Positions 1 to 8,000 of a DNA stretch of 31,704 nt are shown piece by piece. The position numbers and the translations under genes are program-made. The number at the start of each line of letters is the position of its first letter. Positions within the stretch are counted from its first letter, which is position 1. The notes under the pieces were generated by a model. It did not search any database and was not told the DNA's origin. It saw nothing but the letters and a program-made list of their open reading frames with translations. The DNA comes from Thermoplasmata archaeon (GTDB lineage: Archaea > Thermoplasmatota > Thermoplasmata > Lutacidiplasmatales > UBA184), in assembly GCA_028864975.1 (NCBI GenBank), contig JAGWLG010000039.1, forward strand, positions 1 to 31,704, given 5' to 3'.

Positions 1-127
1 GCGCCACCGTCTGTCCCGGCGGCGCGCTCTCCGCCGCCGGCGACAACGTCACCATCTCCATCGTCGACACCGCCAAGAACACCCTCCTCTTCCACGTCAC
101 CCTCCCGGGAACCACACCCAACATCCC
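1..127 (+). repeat. Exact 127-bp direct repeat, copy 1 (identical to 5311..5437)
   Basis: Base-by-base comparison: 1-127 equals 5311-5437 and the first mismatch is 128 (g) vs 5438 (t). Partial identity continues to about 152/5462, then the sequences diverge. Confidence 0.97.
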
Positions 128-3100
128 GCCCCTCTTTACGAACTACGGCGTCGTCCAGCCGGGGAGCGGCGGGACGAACCAGAACTACACCATCTACACC
201 AGCATTCGGAGCAGCGATCTCGACGACAATTCGGTCTACGTGAACCTCGCCTCGATCCCCGGCGCACCGGCCACCCCGGTCCAAATGCACCTGTGCCAGG
301 GAAGCTACGCCTGCACGCGCGGACAAGGTGTATGGACCTTCACCGAGCTTGGGGGTGCGACCACCCCCGTCTGCTGTCAGCCCTACCTCTTCGAGATCAG
401 CGCTAGGGACAACGGCACGGGGGTCCCCAGCCCCCAGCACAACAGTGTGGCCTTCAGCTACACCTTCCCGTCCGCGGCCAACACCGCGGCGCTTCTCATC
501 TCCCTGATGCTCTCGGTGGGGAACCCCACCGTGGGGCAGAACGTCGTCCTCACGGCAGATGTGGGCGACAACGGGGGGGCGCCGGCGACCGGCGTGACGG
601 TCTCGTTCTCCTCCAGCGTCACCGGCCCGATCCCGGGCACCACGACCTTCTCGAGTGTCGCCCCAGGCACCCCTGTGCCCAACCCAACGTACGATGCTTC
701 AACGAACTGGAAGGCCGGGCCCCACGCCGGGGCGGTGACCATCAAGGCCACCGCGGTCGCCACCAGTGGACAGACCGTTTCCACCACCCTCGCGGTGACG
801 GTCTTCCCGAGAACGCTGCTGATCGACGAGTCCGGCGTCGCGCCCGGGCTCAACGCCTCGCTGGACACCTTCACCTACCTCGAGACGGACATGAACTCGG
901 CCGACATCCCGTACAACGCCACCACCGTGGTCCCGGGCTCGTCGGTGATCGGTTGGGGGTGCGGCGCGCCCACGTGCCTCAACAACTACGACGTCGTGAT
1001 CTGGCTTCTCTCGAACAACGGAGCGCTCACGCCGAGCGACATGACCGCGATCAATTGCGCGACCAGCACCCCCTGCTTGGGGATGGGGCCAGGACAACGA
1101 TCGGTGTGGATCGTGGGCGGCGATGCGCTCCAGGGCGCGGCGGCCGTCTACCCCACCTTCGGCATAAGTGGGGCCGCCCTGACGCCCTTCTCGAGCACGA
1201 CCTATCCGCAGATCCTCCCGGTGGGAACGGCCTTGCCCACCACCGGGATCCTCGGCTCGAACCTCTACCTCAACGGGTGGCTTGGGGGTTGGTACACCCC
1301 GTCGTTGGCCCAATACTATGCGATCACCACTGCTGGAGGAGGGGTACCGGTCTTCCAGACCCTCGCGGGGAGCAAGACCGTGGCCTGTGCCTTCAACGGC
1401 ACTTGGCGGGCGCTCGCGATGCCCTTCGAGCTCTCCACGGTCTCTATGACCATGCCATGGGGAGGCACCACCTACCAGACCTCCCTTGGCCAGCAGGCCT
1501 CGATCGTCTACGACGCGTTCAATTGGCTCGCGAACTTCACGTCCTTGAACCCCCACCGCAACGGCAACGACTGGGCCGTGAGCGAGGTCGATGTCCAGCC
1601 CTCGACGCTGACGTTCAACACGCCCGCATACGTCAATTTCACCGTCCGCGACAACGGTCCCACCAGCGTCCCGGTCCAGGCGGAGCTCTTGGTGGACAAT
1701 CTTCCGCTTTTCGTGGGAGGGAGCGCGGTCACCACCATGGTGACCCCTTCCCCCGAAGGCGGGACCGCCCGGGCCACCTTCAACTGGACCCCCTCGTTCA
1801 TCGGCTACCTCACTGTGGGGGTCGAGATCCTGCCTCCGAGCTCAGACCTCTCCGCCCAGAACAACCTGATGGAGAACAGCCTGTTCGCGGAGCAGCTCTA
1901 CGTCCATTACAATGTGCTCCTTGTCGATGCGACCTTGAACACGGGGGTCCACCACGACACCACCGGTTACGTGTACAACGCGTTGATCGCGGACGGATAT
2001 CCCTCATCGACCATCACGACCGTCACCCTCACCAACGCCAACGGCTGCGGAAGCCTCCCGGGGGCGATCATGCTCTCCCTCACGAACAGCCCGCCAAGGT
2101 TCAACCTGGTCGTCTGGAACCTGGCCGACACCACCAACGGCACGGGCTGCCCGCTCAATCACGCGAATCTGAACGCCCTGACGACCTTCCTCGACAACGG
2201 TGGGACCAGCTCCTCCCTCCTGTTCATCGGCAACGGGCTCCTGACCGACGTGGCCGACGGGCCCGTCATCAACTTCGCCGGGACCTTCCTCGGGATCAAG
2301 ATCTCCTCTGCCGCGGCGCTCACCCCGACGGGGACCATCTACGGGGCCAGTGGCGACCAGGTCGGGAACGGGGTCGCCGTCCCCTATCCCTCGGGCCTCG
2401 CAGCGGGGAACACGACCTTCACGGCGCTCAACAACACGCCGAACGAGCTCCACGGTTTCAGCTTCTACTTCAATGACGTAGACTACTGGACTTTCCCGAA
2501 CACGCTCCATGGCGCCGGGGCGAGCGCCTACTCCATCGCGGCGGGTTGGCACACCGCCTACTGGGCGTTCAACCTGGCCACGGTGAACGGACAACCCGGT
2601 GGGACTGCGGCGCTCGACCTCTCGCTGCTCCGCTTCTCGACGTTCGCCGGGCGGCTCCTGCCTCAGCCCAACGCCATCGTCGACGCTCCCGACATCACTT
2701 TCGCCACGGCGCAGCAACCTTGGACGAACTTCGACAAGATGCACCCCCAGCTCGACCAGCAGTACCTGATCCGCGCGAACGTGACCAACCTGGGAGGCAC
2801 CACGGCCTTCAGCGTCGGGGCCCAGGTCTTCGACGGCTCCCACATCCTCGGGTCGAGCTCTGTCACCGTCGGGCCCTCCTTCCCCATCACCGGGGGTCTC
2901 AACTTCATCAGTTCCGCGACGATCTCGGTCGCCTGGACCCCGCTCTACGGGTACACCAACCCAATCAAGGTGGTCATCACCTCGGGCTTCACTGCGGGCA
3001 TCCTCCCTGGGGTCGCGCAGCAGGCCCAGTGGAACGTCACGGTCTTCTTCTTCTACGATCCCACCACCGATAACTCGAACCAGTGGACGCACGATGACAT

Positions 3101-4640
3101 GATCCAGTGGGATGAGGATGGCTCCGGATCGCCCCCCGTGGGCCAACAGATCTTCATCTCGGACGACAGCAACCAAGCGGTCGGGTCCCTCACCACGGCC
3201 GGCCCCGGGCCGAACTCGTGGGGGCAGGACACCGCGGACTGCTACATGACCGTCTGGAGCTGCACCTCCTCCGAGATCCAGGATGACCAGTCGAACAGCA
3301 ACGGCGGGAGCGTGAGCTGGCTCTACTCCGCCCCCATCCAGCTCATGGCGGGGGAGACCTCGGCCCAGGTCAACTGGTGGCAGTCCTACGACCTCTCGCC
3401 GTTCCAGAACGGGGGCATCCTCTGCGTCCTCACGAGCATGAACTGTCCCACGGACAACTCCGTGGTCGACCTGAACGCGGCCAACGGAATCGTCTCCCCA
3501 GGGCCGGGCTATAGCGGGACCATCACCTTCGGCCAGTCCGGCGCGTGCGAGGTGGTCTCGGCGTTCACCGGAGCGAATACCGGCTTCGGCAGCGCCGGGC
3601 CTGCGAACTGGCAATTCGAGACGGTCAACCTCACGCGCTACATCCCGGCCTCCGGCACGGCCACGGTCTACGTGGGGTTCGGGTTCGTCGAGGGGACCAC
3701 CTCCTGCGGGGGCTCAGCCTCGCCGCAGGAGCTCGGCTGGTGGATCGACCAACCGACCGTCCTCGAGTCCGGTGGCCCGACCACGACGGTGTCGAACAGT
3801 GCGGGATGCCCGTCTCCGGGCTCCAACATCCCTGTCGATCTCTGGCGCGTCACTCCGAGCGTCGCGCCTTCGTTCGGCGCGGCCGCTCCGCCCACCGGAG
3901 GGGCGTGGCTCTCCGGCGCAGTGTCGGGGACGAACTACGCGCTCAACCCCAACATGTGGGATTCGCTCTACTCCCGCCCGATCGATCTCTCGAGCGCCGC
4001 CAACGCGACGCTGAGCTTCAACTACGTCTGGAGCCGCAACAACGCGAACGGTGACCCTCCTATGGGGCTCATCGTCCAGGCCACGCCGGTGCTCCCGAAC
4101 GGGGAGACGAACTGGGTCCAGATATGGACCGCGAACATCGTCAACGGGGTCACGACCGGGAACGCTGACCACAACTGGCACTTCGCGAAGGTGGACCTGT
4201 CGGGCTACCTCGGGAGTGTGATCAAGCTGAGGTTCGTCCTCGGGACGAACTGCGGGCTCGACGGAGACGACCCTGGCACCTACGCCTACCCGTACGTCGG
4301 GGCGGCGGCCATGGTCTCCGGGGTCTACGTGCAAGGCGCCACTTCGATCACCGCCATACGACCTGGAGCCGCCTTGGCCGCTGCGGAGGGGAGCCCGGCC
4401 GTGTCGTCAGGGCTGAACAATGGGGCTCGCTCCCTCTTCCCCGCGAGCTCGGGAGGCTCGGAGACGCTTCCCGGAACCGCCGTGAGGACCCTCGCGCACG
4501 GGACGGCGCCGTGGATTGAGCCGGTCGGCACCGCGGGAACCTCGTCATCCTCCACGGGACCCTCGGGGCCTATGCCGTCGGACCGCGCCCCCCTGCTCGC
4601 GCCGAGCCCTCGTTCGTCGTGGGTCCGACCTTGGTCCTAG
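3..4640 (+). CDS. Giant secreted adhesin-like glycoprotein, paralog A of a tandem pilin-anchored pair (5'-truncated at window edge)
   Basis: The frame of the listed 240..4640 ORF stays open back to base 3 (ATVCPGGALSAAGDNVTISIVDTAKNTLLFHVTLPGTTPNIPP...), so 240 is not the true start. It is collinear with the 4845..10190 protein along its whole length (shared RTLLIDESG, NNYDV.WLLSN, DWAVS.VDVQPS.LTFNTP, PQPNAIVDAPDITFAT, MWDSL..RP..L). It has many N-x-S/T sequons and paired Cys, and no C-terminal TM helix. Confidence 0.85.
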   Translation, partial: ATVCPGGALSAAGDNVTISIVDTAKNTLLFHVTLPGTTPNIPPLFTNYGVVQPGSGGTNQNYTIYTSIRSSDLDDNSVYVNLASIPGAPATPVQMHLCQGSYACTRGQGVWTFTELGGATTPVCCQPYLFEISARDNGTGVPSPQHNSVAFSYTFPSAANTAALLISLMLSVGNPTVGQNVVLTADVGDNGGAPATGVTVSFSSSVTGPIPGTTTFSSVAPGTPVPNPTYDASTNWKAGPHAGAVTIKATAVATSGQTVSTTLAVTVFPRTLLIDESGVAPGLNASLDTFTYLETDMNSADIPYNATTVVPGSSVIGWGCGAPTCLNNYDVVIWLLSNNGALTPSDMTAINCATSTPCLGMGPGQRSVWIVGGDALQGAAAVYPTFGISGAALTPFSSTTYPQILPVGTALPTTGILGSNLYLNGWLGGWYTPSLAQYYAITTAGGGVPVFQTLAGSKTVACAFNGTWRALAMPFELSTVSMTMPWGGTTYQTSLGQQASIVYDAFNWLANFTSLNPHRNGNDWAVSEVDVQPSTLTFNTPAYVNFTVRDNGPTSVPVQAELLVDNLPLFVGGSAVTTMVTPSPEGGTARATFNWTPSFIGYLTVGVEILPPSSDLSAQNNLMENSLFAEQLYVHYNVLLVDATLNTGVHHDTTGYVYNALIADGYPSSTITTVTLTNANGCGSLPGAIMLSLTNSPPRFNLVVWNLADTTNGTGCPLNHANLNALTTFLDNGGTSSSLLFIGNGLLTDVADGPVINFAGTFLGIKISSAAALTPTGTIYGASGDQVGNGVAVPYPSGLAAGNTTFTALNNTPNELHGFSFYFNDVDYWTFPNTLHGAGASAYSIAAGWHTAYWAFNLATVNGQPGGTAALDLSLLRFSTFAGRLLPQPNAIVDAPDITFATAQQPWTNFDKMHPQLDQQYLIRANVTNLGGTTAFSVGAQVFDGSHILGSSSVTVGPSFPITGGLNFISSATISVAWTPLYGYTNPIKVVITSGFTAGILPGVAQQAQWNVTVFFFYDPTTDNSNQWTHDDMIQWDEDGSGSPPVGQQIFISDDSNQAVGSLTTAGPGPNSWGQDTADCYMTVWSCTSSEIQDDQSNSNGGSVSWLYSAPIQLMAGETSAQVNWWQSYDLSPFQNGGILCVLTSMNCPTDNSVVDLNAANGIVSPGPGYSGTITFGQSGACEVVSAFTGANTGFGSAGPANWQFETVNLTRYIPASGTATVYVGFGFVEGTTSCGGSASPQELGWWIDQPTVLESGGPTTTVSNSAGCPSPGSNIPVDLWRVTPSVAPSFGAAAPPTGGAWLSGAVSGTNYALNPNMWDSLYSRPIDLSSAANATLSFNYVWSRNNANGDPPMGLIVQATPVLPNGETNWVQIWTANIVNGVTTGNADHNWHFAKVDLSGYLGSVIKLRFVLGTNCGLDGDDPGTYAYPYVGAAAMVSGVYVQGATSITAIRPGAALAAAEGSPAVSSGLNNGARSLFPASSGGSETLPGTAVRTLAHGTAPWIEPVGTAGTSSSSTGPSGPMPSDRAPLLAPSPRSSWVRPWS

Positions 4641-4643
4641 AAC

Positions 4644-4675
4644 GGGACGCGTGGAACCTAAGAGCCACGCGTCCC
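4644..4675 (+). terminator. Perfect 11-bp hairpin immediately after the paralog A stop codon
   Basis: GGGACGCGTGG (4644-4654) and CCACGCGTCCC (4665-4675) are exact reverse complements with a 10-nt loop, 3 nt after the TAG at 4640. There is no clear U-tract, so a terminator or processing role is inferred. Confidence 0.6.
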
Positions 4676-4753
4676 CTGCCGGGAGCTGTGTCCATGCGCG
4701 CCCAGGGTGGGTAGCCCTAGTGGGAACGGACCTCGGCAGGGAGGCACCGCGAC

Positions 4754-4778
4754 GTTGAAATATCCGGCCGGTAAATAC
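4754..4778 (+). promoter_or_regulatory. Candidate promoter (AT-rich TATA-like boxes) for paralog B, with SD-like GAGGA at 4834-4838
   Basis: TTGAAATAT and GTAAATAC form the clearest AT-rich patch in this GC-rich spacer. GAGGA lies 6 nt before ATG 4845. Confidence 0.45.
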
Positions 4779-4844
4779 GTCATACAGCGAGAGCCACGTA
4801 GAGCCCGTTTTGGTGTGCTCTCGATGACCCCCAGAGGACATGCT

Positions 4845-5025
4845 ATGCAGTTGACGGAGCCCAAGACGAGCGCCCGAACCCCCGAACGCTCCCACCCCCG
4901 GGCCTTCTCCTCCCCACGTCGGCTCTCTCGCGGCGGCCGCCGCGCCGTCTCCGAGGTCATCGGCACCATCCTCATCCTCGCCTTGACCGTCGTCCTCTTC
5001 TCCGCCATCTTCTACTTCGTCTCCA
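4845..5025 (+). other. Class III (prepilin) signal peptide and N-terminal hydrophobic pilin helix
   Basis: A 34-aa basic leader with predicted cleavage after Ala at 4944-4946. The mature N-terminus is VSEVIGTILILALTVVLFSAIFYFVS. Confidence 0.85.
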
Positions 5026-8000
5026 CCCTCCCACCTCCCCCCTCCAGCTCCACCTCCCAGTTCTCCGCCGTCCTCGGCATCGGCGGCGGCACCTCCCCCG
5101 GGGAGTCCGACATCAACATCACCTACCAGGCCGGCCCCACCCTCGTCAGCGCCACCACCGCCATCTATCTCTCCTCCACCGTCAACGCTGCCAACTACAA
5201 CTGCGCCCGCAGTGGCAGCTACGGCAACCCCTACACCGTCTCCCAGGGACTCGCGGGTGCCCCCAATATCTGGACCGCAGGCCAGATCTGGACCCTCCAC
5301 CTCCAGGTCGGCGCCACCGTCTGTCCCGGCGGCGCGCTCTCCGCCGCCGGCGACAACGTCACCATCTCCATCGTCGACACCGCCAAGAACACCCTCCTCT
5401 TCCACGTCACCCTCCCGGGAACCACACCCAACATCCCTCCCCTCTTCCTCAACTACGGCGTCTTCGCCAAGGGGGGCGGGCCGCTCTCGGCCGGGACCCC
5501 CTACTACGTCAACACCACCGTTCGCAGCTCCGACATCAACTGCAACTCCGTCTACGTCAGCTCCTCCCTCCTCGGCATCTTCTCCACCGCTCGACAGATG
5601 ACCCCCTTCGACCGTTGTACCTACTTCAGCTTCGGACCGGTCACCAGCGGGAGCGGCGGACAGACCAACCCCACTGCGAACGTCCAGTATTCCTTCGTCA
5701 TCACCGCCAGCGACAACGGTACCGGGGCGCCCGCCCCGCAGCACAACTCCGTGATCTTCTACGCCACCTGGGTCTCCGCCTCCCAGGGGCTCGCGTCGTT
5801 CAGCGTCACCTTGACCGCCACCCCCGGGAACCCCCAGGTGGACCAAGGGACCGCCGTCACCGCGACCTTCACCAACCAAGGAGGCGCCCCCGCCTACGGC
5901 GTCAACGTGACCTTCCGGAACACCGGGACGGGATGGATCAAGGGTCCGATCTCGGACGGGCAGCTCAATGTCTCGATCACCAACTACACCACCGCCTTCT
6001 GGCACGCCGGGCCCCGCGCTGGGAACTACCAGATTTGGGTCTGGGTGAACGCCTCTGGCGGGGTGTCGAATGCGGCCCAGATCGCCCTCACGGTCTTCCC
6101 GCGGACGCTTCTCATCGATGAGTCGGGGGTGACACCTGGGACCAACGCCTCGACGGACACCTTCACCTACCTCGAGACCGACTTCAACTCCGCCGCCATC
6201 CCCTACAACACCACCATCGTGCCTCCGGGCTCCTCCGTCGTGAGCTGGGGCTGTGCTGCCCCGACCTGTCTCAACAACTACGACGTCATCGTCTGGTTGC
6301 TCTCGAACGCCGGGACGCTCTCGGCCTCCGACCAGAATGTCCTCCTGAACGCCTTCTCCCCCGGGCAACGCTCCGTCTGGCTCGTTGGCGCCGGCGCCGG
6401 TGTCGGCCTGTCGGGCGCGCTCCTCTCCGACCTCGGAGTGGCGAACCCGACCCAGGTCACGCTGTCGTCGTCCGCCCCGACGCAGCTCACGCCGACGGGC
6501 ACAAACGTGCCGCTGAACGCCCTACCCATCCAGAACTACTGGCTGGACGGATGGCTCCCCGCCCAAGGAGAGGTGGGCGCCGTGTTCGCCCAACCATACT
6601 ACACCACGAGCAACCTTGCGGGCTCGGGACAGGCCTTCCTCACCACCACGGGGAACACCTGCTCGGCGACGCAGAAGTTCTGCGACGCGGTCGACGTGAA
6701 CAGGACGTACAAGAGCATGTTCATGCCCATGGAGCTCTCCGCCGAGGCCCGCTCGATGCCTTGGGGCAGCGCGACCTCCTACGTGACCGCCCTGGGGAGC
6801 CAGGCCTCGACGGTCTACGACGTGTTCAACTGGCTCGGGAACTTCTCGGTACTGAACCCCCACCGGAGCGGCGCCGACTGGGCGGTGAGCTCGGTCGATG
6901 TTCAGCCCTCCGTGCTGACGTTCAACACCCCGTCCTACGTCAACTACACCATTCGGAACAACGGCCCGGCGAGCGGGGCCTTCACGGTCGAGCTGCTCGT
7001 CAACGGGCTTCCATATTACGTCGCGGGAACCCCGGTGACCGCCACGGTGAACCCGAGCCCGCTCGGTGGCATCGTGCGGGGCAGCTTCAACTGGACCCCC
7101 AACGAGATCGGCTTCCTCACGGTCGGGGTGCAAATCATCCCTCCCGCGGGAGACCTCGATCCAGCGAACAACATGATGTCGAACAGCCTGTTCGCTCAGC
7201 AGCTCTACGTTCACTACAGCGTCCTGCTCGTTGATAGCACGGGAAGTCTCTCCATCCCCGGCTGGACCGGCACCGCGACCTGCTTCACGGCCACGTGCCA
7301 CGACACGACCTACTTCGTCAGGAACCTCCTGCTCGCGGACGGGTTCCCGGGAAACACCATCTCGATCGCCTACGTGACCAGTCCGACCAACTCCTTGGGG
7401 GCGACGGTCCTTTCGGCCCTGCAGGCCGCCCCCCCGCGCTTCAACCTCGTGGTCTGGAACCTGGGCGACGAGATCGGGACTTCATCTGTTTGCCCGGTCA
7501 GCAGCACGGACATCACCGCGCTCCAGACCTTCCTGAACAACGGAGGTAGGACCTCCTCGCTCCTGTTCGTGGGCGGCGGGCTCGTCGCCACCAACAGTGC
7601 GTGTACCGGCTATGCGTCGACGAGCGCGTTCCTCTCTGGCTATCTCGGTGTCTTGGCTCCATCCCCTGCAAGCTCCGTGGTCGCCGGGGCTGTCCTGTAT
7701 GGTCAGATCGGGAACCCCGTCGGGAACGGCGTTGCCCTAGCGTATGCGGGAACCGGAGTCGGAATCGGGAACTACACCTGGCACCAGTTCGGCGCGACTC
7801 CCCCTGGCGACTGGAAGCAGTTCTCGCTCTATTACAACGCCCCGGATCCTTGGAGCATACCCGCCAACCCAAACGTTGCGGCCTCTAACCTCTACTCGGG
7901 CACAGGTGGATGGCATGCGGGGTACTGGGCGTTCAACATCGAAGGGGTCGCCGCGGGGGGAGGCGTGGGAGGGCTCGAGACGTATCTGTTGCAGTTCGCG

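Noticed and set aside
121-152. Diversity-generating retroelement (TR/VR pair) explaining the near-identical repeat
   Set aside because: The mismatches after base 127 (g/t, t/c, acg/ctc) are not adenine-specific, the repeat is N-terminal rather than C-terminal, and there is no reverse transcriptase in the window.
240-242. GTG 240 as the start of paralog A
   Set aside because: The frame is open to base 3 and matches paralog B there, so the gene begins outside the window.
4707-4844. N-terminal extension of paralog B from GTG 4707
   Set aside because: It would run through the promoter-like AT patch. ATG 4845 has an SD-like motif and gives a plausible prepilin leader.
5037-5042. C6 homopolymer as a phase-variation slippage tract
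   Set aside because: It is too short, and it is explained by the Pro-Pro-Pro-Pro-Ser linker.
4545-6368. 607-aa minus-strand ORF (also 2004..3614 and 699..1556)
   Set aside because: These are antisense shadows of the strongly C3-biased adhesin genes. The products are G/V/D/R-rich with no recognisable motifs.
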